Shown here in pieces: positions 1 through 8,205 of a stretch of DNA of 32,419 bases. The position numbers were made by a program, and so were the translations under genes. Position 1 is the first letter of the stretch. Every line of letters begins with the position of its first letter. Source of the stretch: Lentimicrobiaceae bacterium (GTDB lineage: Bacteria > Bacteroidota > Bacteroidia > Bacteroidales > SKPS01). The notes under the pieces were generated by a model. That model was not told the origin of the DNA, did not search any database, and was given only the letters and a program-made list of their open reading frames with translations. The stretch lies in assembly GCA_007119395.1 (NCBI GenBank), contig SKPS01000153.1:1-32419 (forward strand), read 5' to 3'.

Positions 1-564
1 CCGGAGTCGATCGGGAAACTGCTTCCCGCACCATGGTCCGACGGCTTTGTAGCCATTGTGACTGGCGGTCGTTATGCTACAAAAATCTACCCCGCAGATC
101 TGCTGGCCGAGGTGGTGCGTCAACTACCCCTGCCCGTGGTTCTGTTGGGTGGACCCGAAGACCAACAAAGGGCTCAGGAAGTAACCAATGCCGCCCCGAA
201 ACAAAAGGTGCTGAACGGCTGCGGCTCTTTCTCCCTGCACGAATCAGCTATGGTCGTATCAAAAGCAAAACTGGTCATCACCAATGACACCGGATTGATG
301 CATATCGCCGCCGCCTTCGGGAAAAAAATAATCTCTGTCTGGGGAAACACTGTGCCTCAGTTCGGCATGTACCCCTACATGCCCCATAAACCTTCACACT
401 ACAGTAAAATCGTCGAAGTAAAGGGGCTCCCCTGCAGACCCTGCAGCAAAATCGGATACCAACAATGCCCCGAAAAACACTTCAGTTGCATGCATGAAAT
501 CAAACCCAACACCATCACAGAAACCGCATTACAGATGCTGGGCCACAAGCATGAACACCCGTGA
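1..564 (+). CDS. Glycosyltransferase family 9 (ADP-heptose:LPS heptosyltransferase-like), 5'-truncated by window edge
   Basis: Frame 1 is open from base 1 (PESIGKLLPAPWSDGFVAIVTGGRYATKIYP). Contains the GT9 motif ITNDTGLMHIAAAFGKKIISVWG and the C-terminal CRPC...CP..HF.CM cluster. Confidence 0.9.
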   Translation, partial: PESIGKLLPAPWSDGFVAIVTGGRYATKIYPADLLAEVVRQLPLPVVLLGGPEDQQRAQEVTNAAPKQKVLNGCGSFSLHESAMVVSKAKLVITNDTGLMHIAAAFGKKIISVWGNTVPQFGMYPYMPHKPSHYSKIVEVKGLPCRPCSKIGYQQCPEKHFSCMHEIKPNTITETALQMLGHKHEHP

Positions 565-591
565 CCTCAACAGATTGATGGCACTTCCTGA

Positions 592-1230
592 CTATAAAAA
601 TGAATTGTTGAGCCGCTCGAATCCAATGGTTGACTTTGGGCCATGACCGGGGTAGATCACGTAATCATCATCATATACCAATACCTTCTCCCTCACCGAA
701 CGTAACAATACCTCCAGACTACCGGTTGGCAAATCGGTTCTCCCGATGCTGAGCTGAAAGAGCAGGTCGCCGGTAACAATCCACTTCCCCGCTTCATGCA
801 CCAGACATACGCTGCCGTCGGCATGACCCGGAGTGTAGAGTACCCCTATCTTTTCACCTCCCAACATCAACTCATCTCCATCCTCAATAAACTCCTCAGG
901 GACAACCAGTTCATCGATTTCAAAACCGAACGAAAGGGCATGCGCAGCCATGTGATCGTAGAAAGGAAGCCCTGCCCGATGAATAACAGGCTTGAGTCCA
1001 TACTTACGATACATAAAACCAGTGCCCAGCACATGGTCAACGTGGCTGTGTGTGTTCACAATCCGCTCTACATTCAAACCATTGTCGGCTAAAAAGGCGG
1101 CGAGATGGTTTTGTTCCTGTTGCGAATAACACGCAGGATCCACCACAATACACTTACCCTTATCATCATAAATGACATAGGTGTTTACTTGAAAAGCATT
1201 GTAAACCAATGTTTTAATATTTAACGCCAT
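592..1230 (-). CDS. MBL-fold metallo-hydrolase (glyoxalase II/YcbL-like)
   Basis: Motifs THSHVDH, TPGH, GDLLF...GRTDLP and PGHG; 212 aa. Confidence 0.92.
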   Translation of the reverse strand: MALNIKTLVYNAFQVNTYVIYDDKGKCIVVDPACYSQQEQNHLAAFLADNGLNVERIVNTHSHVDHVLGTGFMYRKYGLKPVIHRAGLPFYDHMAAHALSFGFEIDELVVPEEFIEDGDELMLGGEKIGVLYTPGHADGSVCLVHEAGKWIVTGDLLFQLSIGRTDLPTGSLEVLLRSVREKVLVYDDDYVIYPGHGPKSTIGFERLNNSFL

Positions 1231-1296
1231 AGTGTGTTAGTTTGAGCACAAGGTATAAAAAAAAAGAAAAAGTATGGTTTGCATCAGATAACGGTT

Positions 1297-1304
1297 TACA
1301 TTTG
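1297..1304 (+). promoter_or_regulatory. Bacteroidota housekeeping sigma -7 box (TACATTTG) upstream of the flavin reductase-rubredoxin gene
   Basis: Matches TAnnTTTG and ends 27 nt before the ATG at 1332. Confidence 0.6.
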
Positions 1305-1331
1305 TAGGAAAGAAATAAACAAAACACGGTT

Positions 1332-2045
1332 ATGTCGAAGAGGGATGCATTTTTTAAGATGACGTATGGCTTGTACCTGATCAGTTGTACTGATGGTGAG
1401 GAGCACAATGCCTACATTGCAAACACGGCGTTTCAGGTTTCCAGCCAACCACCCCGATTTGCGATCAGTTGTCACAAAGAGAACTACTCATCACCTATGA
1501 TTGAGCGGGGCAAGGCGTTTGGTATATCGGTACTTCAGCAGGATACGCCATTGGAGTTTATCCAGCGTTATGGTTATCAGAGTGCCCACAAAGAGAAGAA
1601 GTTCGGTAGGTTGAATTACAAGCGTGGCAAAACGGGTGTGCCGGTGGTATACGATTATTCAGTGGCCTATTTCGAGTGTCGTTTGGTTGAGCAGGTTGAC
1701 GTTGGCACCCACTGGTTATTCATTGGGGAGTTGGTTGATTATGGTATGTTGAGCCGACTGGATGAGCCGTTGGATTACGCTTGGTACCGCAGGGAGCACA
1801 AAGCAGCCTCACCTTCGAAGGCGCCCACCTATGTGCCTGAAGAGGGGGAGGCGATGCCAGGTTCTGAGGTTCTGCAAGGTGCACCTTACGCTTGTGGGGT
1901 ATGTGAATATGTGTACAACCCGGCACGTGGTGATGTGGCGGCCGGTGTGTCTCCGGGTACTCCCTTTGAAGACCTTCCCCACGACTGGGTATGCCCCGTT
2001 TGCGGCGCAGGGAAGATGGTCTTCACAGAGACGGCTGTAGGTTAG
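1332..2045 (+). CDS. Flavin reductase-rubredoxin fusion (high-molecular-weight rubredoxin, Hrb-like)
   Basis: N-terminal flavin reductase-like domain (YGLYLIS...[12 protein letters not shown]...GTHWLFIGE). C-terminal rubredoxin with CGVC...YVY...[17 protein letters not shown]. Confidence 0.9.
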   Translation: MSKRDAFFKMTYGLYLISCTDGEEHNAYIANTAFQVSSQPPRFAISCHKENYSSPMIERGKAFGISVLQQDTPLEFIQRYGYQSAHKEKKFGRLNYKRGKTGVPVVYDYSVAYFECRLVEQVDVGTHWLFIGELVDYGMLSRLDEPLDYAWYRREHKAASPSKAPTYVPEEGEAMPGSEVLQGAPYACGVCEYVYNPARGDVAAGVSPGTPFEDLPHDWVCPVCGAGKMVFTETAVG

Positions 2046-3262
2046 TCGGTCAGCCCGTTTTTGGTCACAATGCTCAGGGTGTCACGCGCAATCACCAGCT
2101 CCTCATTGGTGGTGATCACCATGGCTGTTTTGGCCGAACCGGGCCTGGTGAGAATCTCATCCTTGCCGCGCATTCCATGATTCTTCTGTGTGTCAAAGTC
2201 AATGCCCAGGTATGTAAGCCCTGTGGCTACCTTCTCACGTACCCCTGAATCGTTTTCTCCAATACCACCGGTAAAAATCAACAGGTCTACACCATCCATC
2301 ACCGCGGCATAAGCACCTACATACTTTTTCACCCGATGGCAATACATATCTTGTGCAAGCGTTGCCTGTGGATCTGCTTCCTTCTCAATGGCCGTCTCAA
2401 TGTCACGCATATCATAGGAAATACCATAGATACCCAGTACTCCGCTCTTTTTGTTGAACAGATTGTTCACCTCCTGAATGGAGAGGTTCTCTTTTTCCAT
2501 CAGATAGAGCACAACCCCGATATCGAGGTCACCGGTACGGGTACCCATCATCAACCCTTCAATGGGGGTAAAGCCCATGGACGTCTCAACAGATTTCCCT
2601 TTGTCAATGGCAGCAACCGATGCTCCATTGCCAAGGTGGCAGGTGATAATCTTTAACTCCTCCCAGTTTTTCCCAAGGATATCGCATGCTTTCTGGGCTA
2701 CGAATTTATGGCTGGTTCCGTGGAAACCATAACGGCGGATGTTGTACTTTTCGTAATACTCGTAAGGAATGCCATAGAGATAGGCATGTTTTGGCATGGT
2801 CTGGTGGAAGGATGTGTCGAACACAGCTACCTGAGGCACTTCCGGAAGAATTTCATCGATGGAGAGGATCCCTTTAAGGTTAGCCGGATTGTGTAATGGA
2901 GCCAGCTCACAACACTTTTCAATGTCTTGTTTGACCCGTTCGTTCACGCGAACGCTGCTCTTGAAGTTTTCACCACCATGAGCTACACGATGACCTACCG
3001 CTGTGATTTCCTCCTTGGCTTTAATGACGCCTTGTACAGGGTGGACAAGGATTTCCAGGATGAGGTTGATACCTGTTTGGTGATCGGGAATATCTTTCAC
3101 CATGTTGAACTTGTCGCGGTTCTTTGCCCTGTGGTTCAGTTCAGCGCAATTCATGCCAATTCTTTCCACGATCCCTTTGGCAAGCAAATCTGCTTCGTGC
3201 GACATATCGATCAATTGGTACTTGATAGAAGAGCTGCCACAATTCAGTACTAAGATTTTCAT
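2042..3262 (-). CDS. ackA: Acetate kinase
   Basis: Motifs [44 protein letters not shown] and TNEEL. Confidence 0.97.
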   Translation of the reverse strand: MKILVLNCGSSSIKYQLIDMSHEADLLAKGIVERIGMNCAELNHRAKNRDKFNMVKDIPDHQTGINLILEILVHPVQGVIKAKEEITAVGHRVAHGGENFKSSVRVNERVKQDIEKCCELAPLHNPANLKGILSIDEILPEVPQVAVFDTSFHQTMPKHAYLYGIPYEYYEKYNIRRYGFHGTSHKFVAQKACDILGKNWEELKIITCHLGNGASVAAIDKGKSVETSMGFTPIEGLMMGTRTGDLDIGVVLYLMEKENLSIQEVNNLFNKKSGVLGIYGISYDMRDIETAIEKEADPQATLAQDMYCHRVKKYVGAYAAVMDGVDLLIFTGGIGENDSGVREKVATGLTYLGIDFDTQKNHGMRGKDEILTRPGSAKTAMVITTNEELVIARDTLSIVTKNGLTD

Positions 3263-3306
3263 TTTTTCTGTTTAGGTTTACTGATATAATTTTGTGAAGG
3301 ATTGTT

Positions 3307-4311
3307 TTATTTTCCGGCGGCTTGGTTTGCCGTGATGGCAACTAAGTTTACGATATCGTCAACGGAACACCCTCTGGAGAGGTCGTTGATGGGTGCTGCC
3401 ATCCCTTGCAGTACGGGGCCTACAGCCTCTGCACCTGCAAGGCGTTGCACCAGTTTATAGGCGATATTTCCCACTTCCAGGGTGGGGAATACCAGCACAT
3501 TGGCTTTTCCGGCAATCTGGCTCTCGGGGGCTTTGCTTTTTCCAATTTTTTCCACGATCGCTGCATCAGCTTGCATCTCGCCATCAATCAGCAGATCGGG
3601 CGCCATTTCGCGTGCTATTTTTGTTGCTTCCACCACTTTGTCAACCATGGGATGGGAAGCGCTGCCCTTGGTGCTGAAACTCAGCATGGCAACCCTGGGC
3701 TCAATACCTGCAATGGCCTGTGCTGTACGTGCTGTGCTTACAGCAATCTGCGCCAGCTCGTCAGCCGTAGGATCAGGATGAACAGCACAGTCGGCAAAAA
3801 CCAGGATGCCCTGCTCACCCCATTGGGCATCGGGAAGTATCATGATAAACGCCCCTGATACCACACTGATGCCGGGGAGTGTTTTTACAATTTGAAATGC
3901 CGGCCTTAAAACATTGCCTGTGGCATTGGCAGCACCTGCTACTTCACCATCAGCATCACCGTTCTTGATCAACAGGGTGGCCAGATACAAAGGATCCTCC
4001 ACCTGCTGCAAGGCAACCTCACGTGTCATCCCCTTCTCCTTGCGTATGCCGTACAGCATGTCAGCATAAAACTCCTTCTTCGGATGATCTGCAGGGTCAA
4101 TGATCTCTGCAAGATGGATATGTGCCAAACCATGTGCCGCTGCCAAACCGTGAATCTCATCACGGTTACCCAGCAAAATAATCCGGGCAATCCCCTCGCC
4201 CAAGATAATATCAGCCGCTTTTAAGGTGCGTTCTTCTGTGCCTTCGGGTAATACAATACGTTTGTTTTGTGATGTTGCCCGCTCTCTGATGTCTTTTAAT
4301 AATTTGATCAT
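3307..4311 (-). CDS. pta: Phosphate acetyltransferase (short form)
   Basis: Motifs [39 protein letters not shown] and NDLSRGCS; directly upstream of ackA. Confidence 0.97.
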   Translation of the reverse strand: MIKLLKDIRERATSQNKRIVLPEGTEERTLKAADIILGEGIARIILLGNRDEIHGLAAAHGLAHIHLAEIIDPADHPKKEFYADMLYGIRKEKGMTREVALQQVEDPLYLATLLIKNGDADGEVAGAANATGNVLRPAFQIVKTLPGISVVSGAFIMILPDAQWGEQGILVFADCAVHPDPTADELAQIAVSTARTAQAIAGIEPRVAMLSFSTKGSASHPMVDKVVEATKIAREMAPDLLIDGEMQADAAIVEKIGKSKAPESQIAGKANVLVFPTLEVGNIAYKLVQRLAGAEAVGPVLQGMAAPINDLSRGCSVDDIVNLVAITANQAAGK

Positions 4312-4437
4312 ATCTCTTGTGTTTTATCAACCGACTGTCGGCTGCACACAAGAAGAGGTTCAGCGCGATGGCCGGGGGTGAAAAGAATCAATCTTTCAAT
4401 AAGTTGCGACATGCTGCCACAACACTCAATCGCACGG

Positions 4438-4445
4438 CAAAAATA
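4438..4445 (-). promoter_or_regulatory. -7 promoter box (TATTTTTG) for pta-ackA
   Basis: The + strand CAAAAATA reads TAnnTTTG on the minus strand. It lies just downstream of the terminator at 4490-4553 and gives a leader of about 120 nt. Confidence 0.6.
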
Positions 4446-4489
4446 GGCTGATTCTATGAATGTTCCTAATGAATTGAGGGATAAATTTC

Positions 4490-4553
4490 AAAAAAAAACA
4501 CCGGACACCGGCTGCACCCATTGAAAGGGGTGGCTTGAAGCCGGTGTCCGGTG
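4490..4553 (-). terminator. Intrinsic terminator of the GIN/beta-barrel gene
   Basis: Perfect 15-bp inverted repeat CACCGGACACCGGCT (4499-4513) / AGCCGGTGTCCGGTG (4539-4553). The adjacent A-run at 4490-4498 is a U-tract on the minus strand. Confidence 0.85.
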
Positions 4554-4589
4554 GCAATCACTGTGGTTTTGCCACTTATGATGTGTTGA

Positions 4590-6014
4590 TTAATTGAACC
4601 CGGTGAGCACAATGCCGAACGATGCAGCATAGACCTCCGGTCCTTTGTCTTTCTCGAAGAAGGGTAGCAGATTGTATTCGGCGAAAAAGTTGAGTCTGCC
4701 AAAGCCAATTCTGCCGGCTGCAGCTACACGGTAAGGGTTGAGATTGTACCTGTCTCGGGTCCGCTCACGAATGGTGGCACCGCCATCAGAATACTTCACC
4801 CGGGCAGAAGTACCCAAACGCAGTCCGAGGTTTACACCACCGGCAATATGAAATCGCTGACGGACAGGCCCTTTATTGGTCTGGAACTCCAGCATAAACG
4901 GAACCTTCAGGTAGGTTGCAGTTAGCTTGTTGCGCGATAGTTCAATGTCGTCGGAATGGTGCTGTATTACGGTTTTGCCATCCTTTTTTGCCAACCTGAT
5001 ATTCTCTTCAAAATGGTAGTTGTTGAACTCAAAGCCCATACCTGTAACGATGCCGAACTGCTGACGGATCAAAGGCAGATTGGTTTGAAGCAGGTTTACA
5101 TTCCATACCCGTGATGAAGGGATGTTCAGTGCAAGGGATTTGGCCTCCCCTTCAAGATTGAAACTCCCTTTGGAGGTCATAAACGTATTGATACCCAGTT
5201 CAAAACCCTCAAAATGACCATTAAATTTTCCTCTGCCCGACTCTCTGGTTTTTCTCGCTTCTTTTACCACTTCACGCACTTCCATCTCTTTGGCTTCACC
5301 TTCTATGGTCACGTCAATGGTTTCGTTCAACACCTGACTCAGACCGGAGGCCATGGAGGTTACATTCACTTCGTTGATGACAGGCTCTGAAACAAACACT
5401 ACCGAAGCCATGCCTGATACTCTGCCCTCAACCTTCTCTGTGACATTGAGCCTGCCTAATGTAGCACCTGTAAGTCTGATAGATGCCCGATTGATAACCA
5501 GACTATCGAAACGGGCCTGAGAAGCTCCGCCCAGCTCCAAAGTTAGGATCTCAGCAGTGCCCGATACAGTGGCTGTGGCAGCCCCCGTAAGCTTGGCTGT
5601 AAGGTCGGTGCTAACAATTGACATCGTTACGGTTGCAGCCCCTTTCGACTCTAAATGAAATGTGTCAGCAACAAAAGTGCCGATGCCAAGTGCTGTGGAC
5701 GCATCCTGAACTACAAGATGTTCCAGCGAAGGTGTGGTGATGCGCACCAACGCATCGTTGTCGCCACGCGCCGATAACCTTAACGACCCGTCTTGAACAG
5801 CACCTACCACTACACTTTTGCGGTCAGCCTCAGTCCCTTCCACTTGAAGCAAATATGACGAACCCTGGTGTAGCTCAACATTCAATGTGCCGGCAATGGT
5901 CAAACGACTAAATGGTGATACCTCATGCTCCTGCATATCCACCTGTGCGTAACTGGCAGTACCTATCAGTGTGAATAGCAATGAAACGATTAAAAATCTT
6001 ACTGTTGTTTTCAT
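4590..6014 (-). CDS. Exported protein: DUF2807/GIN (autotransporter-adhesin-head-like) domain fused to an outer-membrane beta-barrel
   Basis: Signal peptide ending ASYA-Q. GIN-like start (FSRLTIAGTLNVELHQG) with repeated xxGAx beta-helix rungs (KGAA, TGAA, GGAS, TGAT, SGMA). C-terminal GHFEGFELG...YLKVPFMLEF...RIGFG...NFFAEY is typical of Bacteroidota OMP barrels. Confidence 0.75.
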   Translation of the reverse strand: MKTTVRFLIVSLLFTLIGTASYAQVDMQEHEVSPFSRLTIAGTLNVELHQGSSYLLQVEGTEADRKSVVVGAVQDGSLRLSARGDNDALVRITTPSLEHLVVQDASTALGIGTFVADTFHLESKGAATVTMSIVSTDLTAKLTGAATATVSGTAEILTLELGGASQARFDSLVINRASIRLTGATLGRLNVTEKVEGRVSGMASVVFVSEPVINEVNVTSMASGLSQVLNETIDVTIEGEAKEMEVREVVKEARKTRESGRGKFNGHFEGFELGINTFMTSKGSFNLEGEAKSLALNIPSSRVWNVNLLQTNLPLIRQQFGIVTGMGFEFNNYHFEENIRLAKKDGKTVIQHHSDDIELSRNKLTATYLKVPFMLEFQTNKGPVRQRFHIAGGVNLGLRLGTSARVKYSDGGATIRERTRDRYNLNPYRVAAAGRIGFGRLNFFAEYNLLPFFEKDKGPEVYAASFGIVLTGFN

Positions 6015-6099
6015 CTTTGTTGTTTTTTTGTTGATTTATTTTCTCCTGAACGGATTCTAATTTTTCCGTGATAACCTGTTTTGTTTTTGTCGATGGTAT

Positions 6100-6125
6100 G
6101 ACGGAGAAAGATCTTTTTTGTTACA
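6100..6125 (-). promoter_or_regulatory. Putative ECF sigma-factor promoter TGTAAC-N16-CGTC
   Basis: Minus strand reads TGTAAC aaaaaagatctttctc CGTC, the classic ECF AAC/CGT layout with a 16-nt spacer, about 85 nt upstream of the ATG at 6014. Confidence 0.6.
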
Positions 6126-6202
6126 GGAGATGAAAAAAAAATGAAGATTGGTGAAAAAATGAGGAGTATAGCCTCTTTGGTTATGTTGATTTTCCTTGGG
6201 CA

Positions 6203-6258
6203 ATAAAAGAATCGGGATGTGTTTGGGTAGTGTTTAAACCACTCACTCACATCCCGAT
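6203..6258 (-). terminator. Intrinsic terminator of the carboxyltransferase gene
   Basis: 11-bp inverted repeat ATCGGGATGTG (6211-6221) / CACATCCCGAT (6248-6258), followed on the minus strand by TCTTTTATT. Confidence 0.75.
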
Positions 6259-6350
6259 CAATGCCAGCCGTGTTTCAATATTGTTTGCAGTCCATGATCA
6301 CAAAACAGGCAATAGGTGTACTACCGTTTATGCCCCTGCAATCAGTGCAG

Positions 6351-8057
6351 TTAATCGTCGGTGCTCCAGTTATAACTGTAAAGGCCATCCAGCAGACGTT
6401 TCTTTTTCTCTTCATCAGAGAGCTTGTCGAAGGCTGCCTTTTCGGCGAGATGAGCTTCCACTTTCTTCATCTCTTCCTCATGAATCATTGCCCTGTACTC
6501 GCTCTCTTTCAGTTCTTGCAGGAACGTGGTGGCTACCTGAGGGAAAAGATCAAGCAACAACTCCTCTTTTTCGTTCTCTGCAAGTAACCTGTCACCGGCC
6601 TGATCCAGTTCGGGGTTTTCTGGCTTCTTGTAATTGTCAACGTTATAAGGGGTCTCTTCTCTGACACCACAAATCATCTCCCTGAAGTCGGGATCTATCT
6701 CTATGGGTGTTTTCCCATATTCACCTTTGACCAGGCTTACAAACTGATTGTTTTTGGTGGTGTAGGGCTTCTGCTTTTTGTTTTCGTCGATAACATAATT
6801 AACGGCCTGAACACCAACAATTTGAGAGGTTGGGGTTACCAATGGGGGGCACCCTGCAGCCAGTCGCACCACTGGTACCACTTCAAGAACCCTTGACATG
6901 AGATGATCGAGCTTGAGTTGTTTGAGCTGTGATATCATGTTGGTGTACATTCCACCGGGTATTTCTGCTTTTTTTACCTCTTCGTTGGGTTCGGGCAGGC
7001 CAAACCAACGTTCAATTGCCTGGGTAGCTTCCAGCAGCTTCTCTTCGTCATTTTTTCCGGCAAATTCTATTGCCTGGTCGAACAGTTGGTCTATTTCCGG
7101 GGGCAGTGTGTCTTTGGTAAGATCGAAGGTGCGGGGCAATTCGTAGTTGTCAATGTCTCCCATCTCTTTGCGGATCTCGCCGAGTTGTTCGTTGATGGTA
7201 GCGATCACGTTAACATTCACGCCGGTATCAACGCCCAATTTATTGCAGAAGAGTTGTATTATTTCGAATGATGGGGCAGCGGGGCCTCCGCTGAAGTTAA
7301 GGATGGATGTGTCAACGATATCTACTCCATTCATGATGGCCACCAGAGTGGATGCCAATCCGTAGCCGGGCGTACAGTGGGTGTGAAAGTCGATCGGGAT
7401 TTTCAGTTCCGCTTTCATTCTGGAGATGATTTTGGCTGCCTGACGCGGAGGAACGAGGCCTGCCATGTCTTTGATGGTGATCATATCGGCACCCATTGCT
7501 TCCAGCTCTTTGGCTTTGTTGACAAAGTAATCGGTTCGGAAGATTCTGCGGGGCACCTTTTTCATCTGCCAGAAGGCTTTTGCTCTTTCGCGCAGTGTGA
7601 ATTTGGGGTCAATGGTGTAACAGACACAACAGTCGGCAATACCTCCATTCTCTTTCACATATCCAATAGTTGACCGGATATTGCTGGTGTCATTGAGTGC
7701 ATCAAATATTCGCATGATGGAAATGCCTGATTGCACTGCATGACGGTTGAACCCCTCAATTACGCTTTCGGGATATGGATTGTATCCAAAGAGGTTTCTG
7801 CCTCGGGATAAGGCGGTTAGTTTGCTGACGCTTCCCACTTCACGATGAATGCTTTCGAGCCGGTGCCAGGGGTTCTCCTTCAGGAACCGCATAATGGCAT
7901 CCGGTACTGCGCCACCCCATACTTCCATGGCATAAAATCCTGCTTCCTTATAATAGGGCAACACACGGTCAACCTGATTCTGATTCATTCTGGTGGCAAA
8001 CAACGACTGCTGCCCATCCCTCAGTGTCAAATCCCTTATTTTTAATGTTTTGTTCAT
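6351..8057 (-). CDS. Pyruvate/oxaloacetate carboxyltransferase (OadA / pyruvate carboxylase B / transcarboxylase 5S family) lacking a biotinyl domain
   Basis: Motifs RDLTLRDGQQSL, EVWGGA, IKDMAG, HTH, IPGGM and PPLVTPTSQIVG; no AMKM biotin domain. ATG at 8057 preferred over the TTG at 8087. Confidence 0.9.
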   Translation of the reverse strand: MNKTLKIRDLTLRDGQQSLFATRMNQNQVDRVLPYYKEAGFYAMEVWGGAVPDAIMRFLKENPWHRLESIHREVGSVSKLTALSRGRNLFGYNPYPESVIEGFNRHAVQSGISIMRIFDALNDTSNIRSTIGYVKENGGIADCCVCYTIDPKFTLRERAKAFWQMKKVPRRIFRTDYFVNKAKELEAMGADMITIKDMAGLVPPRQAAKIISRMKAELKIPIDFHTHCTPGYGLASTLVAIMNGVDIVDTSILNFSGGPAAPSFEIIQLFCNKLGVDTGVNVNVIATINEQLGEIRKEMGDIDNYELPRTFDLTKDTLPPEIDQLFDQAIEFAGKNDEEKLLEATQAIERWFGLPEPNEEVKKAEIPGGMYTNMISQLKQLKLDHLMSRVLEVVPVVRLAAGCPPLVTPTSQIVGVQAVNYVIDENKKQKPYTTKNNQFVSLVKGEYGKTPIEIDPDFREMICGVREETPYNVDNYKKPENPELDQAGDRLLAENEKEELLLDLFPQVATTFLQELKESEYRAMIHEEEMKKVEAHLAEKAAFDKLSDEEKKKRLLDGLYSYNWSTDD

Positions 8058-8158
8058 GATAAACTTTAATTGGTTTAACAGTTCCAATGATTCTGTGCCG
8101 CCCCCGTATTAACGGCACAGAGGCAAGAGGCATCAAAAAAAGCCTTCTTTACCAAGTG

Positions 8159-8166
8159 CAAAGATA
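8159..8166 (-). promoter_or_regulatory. -7 promoter box (TATCTTTG) for the carboxyltransferase gene
   Basis: The + strand CAAAGATA reads TAnnTTTG on the minus strand, in the intergenic region. Confidence 0.65.
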
Positions 8167-8205
8167 AGATAATCAAATATACAATTCAAGTAATAAATTG
8201 TTTAA

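Noticed and set aside
6011-6250. 79-aa minus-strand ORF upstream of the GIN/barrel gene
   Set aside because: It spans a terminator hairpin and a promoter-like AT-rich tract and has no recognisable protein features; likely spurious.
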